From Candidatus Krumholzibacteriota bacterium (GTDB lineage Bacteria > Krumholzibacteriota > Krumholzibacteriia > JAJRXK01), in assembly GCA_963727455.1 (NCBI GenBank), contig CAVSGG010000017.1, positions 160,001 through 224,000 on the forward strand: DNA of 64,000 nucleotides, in the 5' to 3' direction. Of the stretch, positions 1 to 9,027 are shown one piece after another. Below the pieces are notes generated by a model. That model was not told the origin of the DNA. It worked only from the letters and a program-made list of their open reading frames with translations, and did not search any database. The position numbers and the translations under genes are program-made. Positions within the stretch are counted from its first letter, which is position 1; every line of letters starts with the position of its first letter.

Positions 1-1
1 C

Positions 2-322
2 ATTCCCCACTTCAACGGAATGCACCGCTTTTTGCCGACTTTCGTCCGTGCGATGGGGGGGAAGATTGGGGAGGCTCCGGTGAGCCATCGCCCACGGGCT
101 AAAGGACTGACCAAGTACGGAGTGGGTAACCGGCTCTTCAGGGGGCTCGCTGATACCTTTGGCGTGCGTTGGTACGCGCGCCGCGCAGTGAAGGTCGACG
201 CCTGGCCGGTACAGGAGGAAGAGGCGGTAGTGTTGGAACCGAGAGCTGCACGCATGAACTCTTCACAGTCGGACCCCGAATTTACTCTCTCTCGCGGAAT
301 CGATAGCGGGGCATCGCAGTGA
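2..322 (+). CDS. Glycosyltransferase family 2 (ArnC/Dpm1-like), 3' part only
   Basis: Frame is open from the window edge and reads IPHFNGMHRFLP...PVSHRPR..G.TKYG..NRL.RGL.D, the typical C-terminus of ArnC-like polyprenol-phosphate glycosyltransferases. Overlaps the next gene (GTGA). Confidence 0.85.
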   Translation: MPHFNGMHRFLPTFVRAMGGKIGEAPVSHRPRAKGLTKYGVGNRLFRGLADTFGVRWYARRAVKVDAWPVQEEEAVVLEPRAARMNSSQSDPEFTLSRGIDSGASQ

Positions 323-600
323 TCGAACGCATCTGGATCGCGGTAGGACTCTTGGCCCAAGGAATGTTCATGGGGCGTTTTCTGGTGCAGTGGATCATCA
401 GCGAGCGCAAGGGTGAGAGCACGATACCCGTCGCTTTCTGGTATTTGAGCATCGCGGGAGGCATCCTGCTCTTTGCCTACGCTTGCTGGCGTCGTGATCC
501 GGTCTTCATTCTGGGTCAGAGCACGGGCCTCATCGTCTACACCCGCAACCTCGTGCTTCTCAAACGCAGTCGCAAAAAAGCACTCCAGGCGGATGTGTAG
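319..600 (+). CDS. Lipid-A-disaccharide synthase N-terminal (LAB_N) small membrane protein
   Basis: GRFLVQWIISERKGESTIPVAFWYLS...DPVFILGQ..GLIVY.RNL signature; 93 aa and hydrophobic. Confidence 0.9.
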   Translation: MIERIWIAVGLLAQGMFMGRFLVQWIISERKGESTIPVAFWYLSIAGGILLFAYACWRRDPVFILGQSTGLIVYTRNLVLLKRSRKKALQADV

Positions 601-618
601 GCGCACCGCAGGTAAGCG

Positions 619-2163
619 ATGTCCATTCCATCTCCTTCGTCGCAACAGCAATTCCCCTTGCCAATGAGAAGGTCCTATCTTTCGTGGACAGGGCTCGTTC
701 TCTTGGCAGCCTTGGTGTCGTTTGGCTTCCAAGGTACGCGTGGCCTGAGCGATCCTGATGAGGGACGATATTGCGAAGTCGCGCGGGAGATGCTCGCCAG
801 TGGTGATTTTCTCCATCCCCAGCTCGAGGGGTACCCGCACTATTCGAAACCTCCCATGACCTACTGGTCGATTGCGGTCTCACTGGACGCATTGGGACAC
901 GGGGAATGGGCCTGCCGCATCTTCCAGTCCGTAGCTTACCTGGCCACCATTCTGCTGGTGGCAATGTGTGGTGTGGCGCTCTTCGGACAGGCATGCGGCG
1001 TGCTGGCGGGCATCGTGTACGCGAGCATGGCGCTTCCCTTCGTGGCCACCAACATCATCACCACCGATACCCTCCTCACTCTGTGGGAAGCTCTCGCGGT
1101 GTTCGCGTTCTTGCGCGGTCGTTCGTCGAAGCGGCGCTTCTGGCCGGCTCTGACTGGCCTCGCCTTTGGGCTGGCGTTCTTCACCAAGGGTCCGCCCGGG
1201 CTGCTCTTTTTGCCCGCACTTTGGATCTACACTCGCCTGCCGGTCGCAAAAAAACGGGAATCAGCGCCGCTCTTGGATCGGGCGGGCGCCATCCTCCTTC
1301 TGGTGGTGGGACTGTGGTGGTTTCTCTACTTGATTCTCACCACGAAGGGCATTCTCTCCTATTTTCTTGGCGACGAAGTGGTGGGGAGACTTGCGGGTGA
1401 GCATCACCGGAATGCCGGCCTATGGGGCGCCGTCAAAGTGTACCTGCCCATTCTCACCCTGGGCACGCTGCCCTGGTCGTTGAGTTGGATTGCGGCATGG
1501 AGACGGCTGCGCGCTCGCGGTTCCAAGAGCACGCGCCTCTGGCGTGCTTGGAGCGAGCGCCCCGCGCTCACTCTGCTCCTTCTTCTGATCCTGCTTCCCC
1601 TTGCGGTCTTCGTCCTCTCGCGCTCTCGGTTGCCACTCTACGTTCTGCCGCTCTTCATTCCCATCTCGCTCGCCAGCGCGCGCGCGTTTCAGCTCGCCTT
1701 CGAGGAACCCGCGGCCGATTTCCTTCTCTTCCGCCTGCGTTCGCGCGCTTGGGCCTTCTTGGGTGGATGGCTCGTCTTTCTTCTGTGTCTCCGCCTGGTC
1801 TATGCCTACTGGCCCAACGAGGCCGACGCGCGCGCCCTTCATTCAAGGCTTCCCGTGGCCCAGGCGAACGAACTCGTGGTCACCGATGGCGTTCGTTCCG
1901 TGCACGGTTTGGCCTTCTACGACGGACGAGTTCTGCGCTACGCGGCGTGGTCTAGGGACAGAGCGAAGGAAAAGGGTTGGGACACCCTGGACGAGATCCT
2001 CGGTGAGCTGCGCGATGATCCCGCGCTCCGCTATCTCATCTTGGTAAAACCCGAGGCAGTGGCAGAGCTGCAGGAGAGGGCGGCGTCTCACGGTCTGAGG
2101 ATCGAGAGCACGGTGAAGGGGAAGAAGATCGTGGCGCTCTTGTGTGACGCAGAGCTGTTCTAG
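619..2163 (+). CDS. ArnT-like lipid-carrier-dependent glycosyltransferase (GT83/PMT family)
   Basis: DPDEGRY.EVAREM, SKPP.TYW and TKGPPG motifs; many TM segments; follows the GT2 and LAB_N genes. Confidence 0.88.
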   Translation: MSIPSPSSQQQFPLPMRRSYLSWTGLVLLAALVSFGFQGTRGLSDPDEGRYCEVAREMLASGDFLHPQLEGYPHYSKPPMTYWSIAVSLDALGHGEWACRIFQSVAYLATILLVAMCGVALFGQACGVLAGIVYASMALPFVATNIITTDTLLTLWEALAVFAFLRGRSSKRRFWPALTGLAFGLAFFTKGPPGLLFLPALWIYTRLPVAKKRESAPLLDRAGAILLLVVGLWWFLYLILTTKGILSYFLGDEVVGRLAGEHHRNAGLWGAVKVYLPILTLGTLPWSLSWIAAWRRLRARGSKSTRLWRAWSERPALTLLLLLILLPLAVFVLSRSRLPLYVLPLFIPISLASARAFQLAFEEPAADFLLFRLRSRAWAFLGGWLVFLLCLRLVYAYWPNEADARALHSRLPVAQANELVVTDGVRSVHGLAFYDGRVLRYAAWSRDRAKEKGWDTLDEILGELRDDPALRYLILVKPEAVAELQERAASHGLRIESTVKGKKIVALLCDAELF

Positions 2164-2849
2164 CCCAAACTTCCCAGGTGCTCGCACCCCACGACATACT
2201 TGCTGTTCTTGGACACCAAGAGGGGGAGACCCTCGAGCACGCGGCGGACCTGAATCGTTCTGTCGCGGTGCGCCTTGACTTCCACCACCAGCGTGCCGGG
2301 AGGTTGTGTGGCGAAGCTCAGATTGGGAGTGGCGCTACCCCACTGGCTCCAGTAGCTCTGGCGGATGTCGACCGTGACACGCACTGCGCGGTCCGCGGTT
2401 CGCAAGTAACTGCGAAGATAGCGGTTGATCATCACTGGCTGATCAAGATCACGCGAAGCGATGAGAATGTCCTGCGGCAGAGAAGCGCGGAGTACATCGA
2501 GAAATGCGCTCCAACTCGTGGCGCGCAGGTCGACGGCGGAGTGCAAGGGAAAGCTCCGCTTCCATCCCAACTTGCCGTGCTTGAGTTTGAACTCGATGTG
2601 ACCGCCTCTGCCATCCAAGTCCTCGCCGTACCAACGGTAACGCAGCTTGCTGCGATCATTCACCCCGGCGTAGTTTTGGTTGAGACGGGAAAGGTCGCGG
2701 GAATCGAAATAGACGTTGTTCACCCAGCGATCGGGATAGAGCTTGCGCAGTCCCATCGGGTGCACGCGTAACTCGGCCAAGAGTCGCGGTAAGTAAGTCT
2801 CCGGCGCAGCCATTTTGATCTCGTAGCGCAGGTCTTCCGCCGGAATCAT
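2160..2849 (-). CDS. VTC (polyphosphate polymerase/CYTH-like) domain protein
   Basis: RYEIK, VNNVYFD, RSKLRYRWYG, IEFKLK, RVTVD, VVEVK and SKNSKY motifs. Confidence 0.85.
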   Translation of the reverse strand: MIPAEDLRYEIKMAAPETYLPRLLAELRVHPMGLRKLYPDRWVNNVYFDSRDLSRLNQNYAGVNDRSKLRYRWYGEDLDGRGGHIEFKLKHGKLGWKRSFPLHSAVDLRATSWSAFLDVLRASLPQDILIASRDLDQPVMINRYLRSYLRTADRAVRVTVDIRQSYWSQWGSATPNLSFATQPPGTLVVEVKAHRDRTIQVRRVLEGLPLLVSKNSKYVVGCEHLGSLG

Positions 2850-2852
2850 GAT

Positions 2853-5438
2853 TTAGTTCCCCAAAACGTGAGAAGCATAGAGCTTCGCTACGTCGAAATC
2901 GCTCGTTTCCAGGAGACGTCCATCCAGGGTGACGGTACACCCGGTCTGTACCAGCGCGATTTTTTTGGCGCCAGGCAGGCTCAGATGGGTCGCCTCGAGA
3001 GAGGCGGGGCCGTAGACCGGTTTCTTGACATAAGCCGCCAGGCCGATCTTGGTGTTGCGGAATTCGCCATCTTGTAGAATTACCCGCGAGAGGTCCTTGC
3101 TGGCCGCCCCGATGCTAGCGTTTTCGACCCGCAGCTCACTCGCCCGCAGATTGGTTTCTTCCCCAGCCGAGATGGCCTTGTCGCTGATGCGCACGGCCTC
3201 GAAGCGGCGTACGTCGAGGACACTCCCGCTCAAGTCGAGCGCGTCACCCCCCACGTCGTGAAAGGAACAGTCCAGCACGGTTCCCCGCACGAAGTCTCCG
3301 TCGAGCGCATCGGAATGACAGTCCCCGATCACGCTGTTCTTCATGCTGAAGTCGCAGCGCACAAGATGGAGAGCGTCCTCGCCGCGATGCCCTTCGAAGC
3401 GGCAATCGCTAATAGCCACTGGGCTTTCGTACACCGTTACCCCGCCGCTCAGATCCCAACCCGGCCGGGCGACCCCAGTGGTAGCTTGGACCAGAAGGTG
3501 GCTCCACGAACTCAGCGAGTCCGCCCCCGAGAGGATCAGGCCTCCCCAATCCTCGGCTTGAGGCAGCAGTCGTACCGGTGCATTCTCAGTACCGGCGAGG
3601 TCGAGACGGGCGCGGGCCAGGATGACGGCGCCGTGCTTCATCTTCAGAGTTACTCCCGGCATGAAGCACGTAGGGACCGCGGGCAGGATCAGATCGTCCT
3701 CGAGCTGCCACTCTCCGGGTAACACGAGTAGTTCCTCAGACTTTGCATCCCATCGTAGCCATGGTTTGGTCCCGGCGAAGACCACGGGATCGGCGGGAGC
3801 CTCGGGGAGAATTGCGGGCTGCTCGAAACTCTCGGCTGCCGGACGAGCCGTACACTCACGCCGCGTGGCCGGCAGAGCGAAGCTCTGGAAGACGAGCTTC
3901 ACCGTATCTCCCGCTGTCGGCAGCGGCAATGGCACGCGGAAGCTCTGCGAACGCAGAGCCTGCGTCTTCTCGTGGGCTGGAACGAAGAGCGGTGTCGGCA
4001 ACTCCCAGCTTTCATCACCAACCTTCACGCCCAGGATTTCACTGGGGACGTCACACACCGAGTCGAGGCGAAGCTCGAGACTGTCGTCTGCGGCCTGGTA
4101 CTCCGAGCTGAGTGCGACAAGAATCTTCAACTTTCCCCGGAAGAAGCGCTGTCCGTCGAGCAGTGCGGGAACCGGACTCTGAAGCTCTGGCCACTCGAGG
4201 TGCAGGGCCAAAAGCCGGTCGTGAAGACCCCTGCCATACTCGTCCATCAGGGAACTCGACCAGGTGGGATCGGAGTACTCCCACAGGGCCTTCATGTACT
4301 CGCGCAGGGCCTCTTCTTGCGCCAAGAACCGGCGCACCCAGGGATACCAGCCGCCGCGATTCATGGAAAACTGCTGCCCCGCAAAGAGATCGGAGCGCAT
4401 CTTGTCCTCCTGCGACCAGCCCCAGGGTTCACCGTCGAAGGCGATCGGTTCCAGACGCGCCGTCACCGGATTGTAGTAGAAGCGGAGGTTGTGCCAGATG
4501 AGCGAGTGGTCTGCGCCCCAGATGCGGCACAGCGCGATGTAGTGCGCCATGAGCTTGACGTCGAACACCTCGCTGGGTTTCAGCTCGCCTCTCTGAAAGC
4601 CCTGGAGCAGGTGACGTGCCGCCTCCATCTGATTGCGCAAAATGGGGTCCTTCTCGAGCTTCGCCTGTTGGAAAAAGCTCACCTTCGCGGTCTCGAAATC
4701 GAGATGATCGAGATCGAACCAACCGAGCTGAAGTTCATCGTGCGCAATGCGGCGCTGCTCCCAGTGGGGGTCCTCGTCGAACTTGGCGATGGGGGCTTCG
4801 GCACGGTCCTGGCTCTCCAGCAGCTCTTTGCTAAAGTGCTCTTCGACCGCATAGATCCCCTTGGACTTTCCGTTGAAACTGAGCCTGACGAAATCGTAGC
4901 GCGGAGCGAGGATTCCCTCGCGGCGGACACTGTTCAAGAACAGCCACTCGCCGAGATACTGCCGCACCCAGGGCGCTTGCACCGAGAAGCGACGCATCCC
5001 GTGGTATTGTGTGCCCTTCTTCGTCTTCACTCTGAAGGACCACTTGTCGGTTTCGAAGTGGTCGGGCCAGTCTCCCTTGAGCCGCATTTTCACCGGGATT
5101 GTCTCGCCGTCGGCCTCCAACTCGGCCGGCACTTCGTCCTCGTCGGTGCTGAAGAGGAGCCCCACCCGCAGTGCTTCCTCGCGCTTGGCCAGGATCTTTT
5201 CGTAGTTCTTGAACTTCATGTGGAAGTGAATCTCATCCAACGGGGGCGCGTGCAGGCGGGCATGAATCAGGGATTTGGGCGCGTCGAGGAGCATGCCCTT
5301 GGGATCGTGCTTGACTCGCCGCAGGAAGTCCGGCTGCAAGAGTCCCAGACCGGCCGTGATGACCAGCAGCGCGAAGAGCAAAAGGAGTAGACGCGCGGGC
5401 CAGCGCAGTTTTCGCTCGCCCGTATCGAGGATCTTCAT
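2853..5438 (-). CDS. CotH kinase family protein with C-terminal right-handed beta-helix, N-terminally membrane anchored
   Basis: VKMRLKGD..DH...KWSFRVK, GIYAVEE and HNLRFYYNP....EPIAFD motifs; C-terminal DALD.D/DALDLSGS/DKAISAGE beta-helix repeats. Confidence 0.85.
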   Translation of the reverse strand: MKILDTGERKLRWPARLLLLLFALLVITAGLGLLQPDFLRRVKHDPKGMLLDAPKSLIHARLHAPPLDEIHFHMKFKNYEKILAKREEALRVGLLFSTDEDEVPAELEADGETIPVKMRLKGDWPDHFETDKWSFRVKTKKGTQYHGMRRFSVQAPWVRQYLGEWLFLNSVRREGILAPRYDFVRLSFNGKSKGIYAVEEHFSKELLESQDRAEAPIAKFDEDPHWEQRRIAHDELQLGWFDLDHLDFETAKVSFFQQAKLEKDPILRNQMEAARHLLQGFQRGELKPSEVFDVKLMAHYIALCRIWGADHSLIWHNLRFYYNPVTARLEPIAFDGEPWGWSQEDKMRSDLFAGQQFSMNRGGWYPWVRRFLAQEEALREYMKALWEYSDPTWSSSLMDEYGRGLHDRLLALHLEWPELQSPVPALLDGQRFFRGKLKILVALSSEYQAADDSLELRLDSVCDVPSEILGVKVGDESWELPTPLFVPAHEKTQALRSQSFRVPLPLPTAGDTVKLVFQSFALPATRRECTARPAAESFEQPAILPEAPADPVVFAGTKPWLRWDAKSEELLVLPGEWQLEDDLILPAVPTCFMPGVTLKMKHGAVILARARLDLAGTENAPVRLLPQAEDWGGLILSGADSLSSWSHLLVQATTGVARPGWDLSGGVTVYESPVAISDCRFEGHRGEDALHLVRCDFSMKNSVIGDCHSDALDGDFVRGTVLDCSFHDVGGDALDLSGSVLDVRRFEAVRISDKAISAGEETNLRASELRVENASIGAASKDLSRVILQDGEFRNTKIGLAAYVKKPVYGPASLEATHLSLPGAKKIALVQTGCTVTLDGRLLETSDFDVAKLYASHVLGN

Positions 5439-5444
5439 CGCGAA

Positions 5445-6125
5445 TCAACCACCCAGGAAGTTCTGCTGTTCGACGAAGGTCACCCGCGCCCCGGGAAACG
5501 CGCTGCGTAGATGATCCATGCCGGCGATGAGTTCCTTGTCACCGCGGCAACGCACCAGATAACTCGCCTGAAGTTCGCCGTCGGCCACGTCCATGCGCCG
5601 CATGTCCGCGTAGCTGAGGTGTTCGGCGAGGACTCTGTGGATGGCCTCGAAGGTGGCGCGGCCGTCCTCCGAAGTGGGAACCACGATGTTCAGGAAGAGG
5701 TTTTCGTCCTTGCGACTGTTGCCGCTGCGCGCTACCAGCGCTCCCACAATGAGGATTACTGGTGCTGCAGCCAGGGCGGAGTATCGCTGGTCCGCTCCCA
5801 AGGCCAAACCCGCTGCGATACACAGGAAGAGGTAGGCCAGCTCTTCGGGCTCTTTGATCGGAGTGCGAAAGCGCACGATGGACAGGGCACCCACCAGCCC
5901 CAAGGACAAGGCCAGGGAGGATTTCACCACGCTGATGATCAGAATCGTGGTCAGAACGATGAAGGGGAAAGTCTTGGCCAGGGCCACTCGGTTGGAGAGG
6001 CTGCGGCCGAATCGAACATAGTGCCAGGCGAAGAGCAGCGACAGAATGATCCCCAGCCCCAGGTTCAAGAGCAGATCGCTGAGCGAGAGGGGGGTCGCCG
6101 CCAACTGGGTAATGCTATTGGGCAT
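5445..6125 (-). CDS. DUF4956 membrane protein
   Basis: SSLALSLGLVGALSIVRFRTPIKEPEELAYLF signature. ATG at 6125 with AGGAG upstream is preferred over the longer ORF-track start. Confidence 0.88.
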   Translation of the reverse strand: MPNSITQLAATPLSLSDLLLNLGLGIILSLLFAWHYVRFGRSLSNRVALAKTFPFIVLTTILIISVVKSSLALSLGLVGALSIVRFRTPIKEPEELAYLFLCIAAGLALGADQRYSALAAAPVILIVGALVARSGNSRKDENLFLNIVVPTSEDGRATFEAIHRVLAEHLSYADMRRMDVADGELQASYLVRCRGDKELIAGMDHLRSAFPGARVTFVEQQNFLGG

Positions 6126-6203
6126 CGTTCCTCCTAGGATCCCGACGAGATTGCGCGAAAAGACTAGCAGAGGGCAGGCCAGGTGGCGATCCGCTTCCGC
6201 CCC

Positions 6204-6252
6204 TTGACAGGAAAGCGGGCTCAGAACATACTTTGATCGGTATCCGTACAAA
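6204..6252 (+). promoter_or_regulatory. Sigma70-type promoter overlapped by ROK operator copy 1
   Basis: TTGACA (6204-6209), 17 bp spacer, CATACT (6227-6232), then TTTGATCGGTATCCGTACAAA (6232-6252). Confidence 0.7.
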
Positions 6253-6329
6253 GGGTGACCTTTGTTTCCAGCCGCAGACACTCATCTTTGGGAGTGGATC
6301 CTAGCTCGCATCTCTTCGGAGGTCCTCGC

Positions 6330-7718
6330 GTGAAGCAGCTCGTCGCGTTCTTGTTCGTCCTGTCGGTTCTCGCCCCTCAGTTGGGGTGCAGCGGTCGCGA
6401 CCCCATGGACTTGGAGGTCTCCCGGGCCAAGATCGATCCCGTGGTCTTCGACGATGACTACAGCCCCGACGTCTACTTCCAGGCTTTTGCCCAGACAAAC
6501 GTGGTCGCGGTCCAGCTGGATTCCGTCTACGCCTACAACGGTTACGCGCCCGACGGCGCCCGCTCCCTCAAGATCAACATCGCGCCCGGCGGATCGGCGC
6601 TGGGATCCTACTCCGGAGGAGTCTTGACCTCGGTGGCCAGCCGCGATTTCCTCGACTACAACGCGCTGAGCTTCTGGGCGCGCGCCGATCGAGACATCTC
6701 GCTGGATTTGGCGGGCTTTGGCAATGACAACACCGGCACTTCGCTCTACGAAGCGAGCCGGTCGGGTATCCCGCTCACGCGAGACTGGCAGCACATCATC
6801 GTCCCCATACCCAACCCTTCCAAGCTCATCGCCGAACGCGGGCTCTTCACCTTCGCAGAAGGATTGGAGGAACAGTATCCGGACGGGTACGACATCTGGG
6901 TCGACGAGATCCGTTTCGTCAAGGTCGATAGCCTCACCGTCTTTCGTCCCACCCTACGCTCGGTGAATCGTCAGTACTTTGTGGGCTCCACCGTGAATCT
7001 GGACGGGGCCTCCACCGTCTTCCAGCTGGGCAACACCTTCCTGCCGGTCAATCACTCGCCTAACTACTTCGATTTCGAATCCTCCGATCCTTCTGTGGCC
7101 AAAGTGATCCGGGGCAGGGTCCAGGTGAGCGGCGTGGGAAAGGCGACGATCACCGCGACCTTGCAGGGCTATCCCGCCATCGGCAGCGTGTCGGTTGCCG
7201 GCTACGAGCCTCCTCGTGCGGCACCTCCCACGCCCACGCTTCCGGCTTCCGACGTGATTTCCTTGTGGAGCGACACCTATCCCAACGTCACGGTCGATAC
7301 CTGGAGGGCCGATTGGGGGGGCGTCACCACGCAGGTCGAGGACTACACGGTGGGCAATCGCCACATGAAATTGTATTCCTCGCTGAATTGGGTGGGCATC
7401 GATTTTCTGAACAAGAAGATCGATGCCAGCAGCATGACCCATCTGCACGTGGACGTCTATGCACCGGCTGGTACCAACTTCAAGCTCAAGGTGGTCTCGT
7501 TTCCCTCCCAGCTCACGCATTCGGTGGAAACGCAGGAGAAGATCTTCAACGCCACCTCCACGCCGGCGTTTCATCCCGGCTCGTGGTCCTCGTTGGAGAT
7601 TCCGCTGACGGATTTCCAGTTGCCTACCGATTGGGACTGGAGTCGCATAGGCGAGCTGGTACTCGCTTCGACAGACGCACAACTCGTGCTTGTGGACAAT
7701 CTCTACTGGCACAAATAA
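6330..7718 (+). CDS. Lipoprotein with carbohydrate-binding-like domains and an Ig-like (Big_2) domain; probable glycan-binding protein
   Basis: GTG start after GGAGG; lipobox LGC; jelly-roll-like YNALSFWA...DIWVDEIRF; SSDPSVA.V..G.V...GVG.ATITA Ig domain; APPTPT..ASDVISLWSD.Y domain; lies in the glucan locus. Confidence 0.7.
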   Translation: MKQLVAFLFVLSVLAPQLGCSGRDPMDLEVSRAKIDPVVFDDDYSPDVYFQAFAQTNVVAVQLDSVYAYNGYAPDGARSLKINIAPGGSALGSYSGGVLTSVASRDFLDYNALSFWARADRDISLDLAGFGNDNTGTSLYEASRSGIPLTRDWQHIIVPIPNPSKLIAERGLFTFAEGLEEQYPDGYDIWVDEIRFVKVDSLTVFRPTLRSVNRQYFVGSTVNLDGASTVFQLGNTFLPVNHSPNYFDFESSDPSVAKVIRGRVQVSGVGKATITATLQGYPAIGSVSVAGYEPPRAAPPTPTLPASDVISLWSDTYPNVTVDTWRADWGGVTTQVEDYTVGNRHMKLYSSLNWVGIDFLNKKIDASSMTHLHVDVYAPAGTNFKLKVVSFPSQLTHSVETQEKIFNATSTPAFHPGSWSSLEIPLTDFQLPTDWDWSRIGELVLASTDAQLVLVDNLYWHK

Positions 7719-7761
7719 GATCAGCCTCGCTGAGCCAGCGCCTCTCACGAAGTTGGGCGGG

Positions 7762-9027
7762 ATGCAAAACCACAACCTGAATCGCAGGGGTCTGCGGCGT
7801 ACCGATGCTGACGGTCCGCGCCCCTTGGCCGATGCCGTCCTACGGCTCATCTGGCAGGAACGCCGGATCTCCCGCGCGGAGATCGCGCGGAACGCCAAGC
7901 TCTCCCGTTCTACCGTCTCGGAAATCGTCAATGAGATTCTTCCCATGGGACTCATCGCTGAAATCGGGGAGGGCCCATCCCGTGGCGGCCGACCGCCCAT
8001 CGTGCTGGAGTTCCGGGACGATGCCTGCGTCATTCTGGGGGTGGAGATGGGCGCGACCCACGTGGTGGTCACCCTCATCGATCTGCGTGGGAAGGTGCTG
8101 AGCTGGGAATCGCGTGAGCACCCCGTCCGCAGCGATCCCGCCGGAACCCGTAGACTCATCGCCGAGCTGTGCAAGGCCTGCCTCTTGGCCTCCGCGGTGG
8201 GAGATCGTCCCCTGGTGGGAATCGGAGTCGCGGTGCCATGTCCGGTTGACCCTTTCGGAAACCACCGTCTTTCCACCGTCGTGCTCCCCAAGTGGGAGGG
8301 CGAACTGGGACTCGAGGAACTCGCCAAACAGTACGAGGTCCCTCTGATGGTCGACAATGACGCCAACCTGGGGGCGCTGGCCGAGCACTGGTGGGGTGTG
8401 GGGCGTGGAGTGGACGACATCGCCTACATCAAGGTCGCGACCGGGATCGGTTCGGGTCACGTGGTTGGAGGCGAAATCTACCGGGGTGCCACGGGCGTGG
8501 CGGGGGAGATCGGTCACATTGCGATCGACCCGCAAGGAAAGCCCTGTATCTGTGGGCTGCGCGGGTGCTTGGTCACCCTGATCGGGGGGCAGGCTTTGCT
8601 GGAGCGGGCGGCGGAACTGCGCAGCGAGTACCCGCGGAGCACCCTGGCGAAAGGGGAACCCAGCGTGCGGGAGATCGAGGATGCAGCGCTGGCCGGCGAT
8701 CCTCTGGCCCTGCATGTCGCGCAGGAAGCGGCCAACTACTTGGGTCGAGCCGTGGCCAGTCTCTTGAATCTCATGAACCCCTCGCTCGTGATCGTGGGGG
8801 GAGATCTGGCCAGGCTGGGGGACCTGCTCATCCACCCCCTGCGCGATACGGTGGAGAAGAGAACCTTGGTCAGTTCGGTTGCAGCGGCTCAGATTCGCGC
8901 CAGTGAGCTGGGCTTTCGTTCCACCGCGATCGGCGCAGCGACCCTGGTTCTCAAGGCTGCCCTGGCCGACTCCCGGCTATTCCCGCGCGTCCCCGCTCCT
9001 AAATCGCCAGCTGCACATAGGTCCTGA
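7762..9027 (+). CDS. ROK family transcriptional repressor (NagC/XylR type)
   Basis: N-terminal HTH (ISRAEIA...LSRSTVSEIV), GGRPP, DNDAN.GALAE, G.AGEIGH and C.CG..GCL motifs. Confidence 0.93.
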   Translation: MQNHNLNRRGLRRTDADGPRPLADAVLRLIWQERRISRAEIARNAKLSRSTVSEIVNEILPMGLIAEIGEGPSRGGRPPIVLEFRDDACVILGVEMGATHVVVTLIDLRGKVLSWESREHPVRSDPAGTRRLIAELCKACLLASAVGDRPLVGIGVAVPCPVDPFGNHRLSTVVLPKWEGELGLEELAKQYEVPLMVDNDANLGALAEHWWGVGRGVDDIAYIKVATGIGSGHVVGGEIYRGATGVAGEIGHIAIDPQGKPCICGLRGCLVTLIGGQALLERAAELRSEYPRSTLAKGEPSVREIEDAALAGDPLALHVAQEAANYLGRAVASLLNLMNPSLVIVGGDLARLGDLLIHPLRDTVEKRTLVSSVAAAQIRASELGFRSTAIGAATLVLKAALADSRLFPRVPAPKSPAAHRS

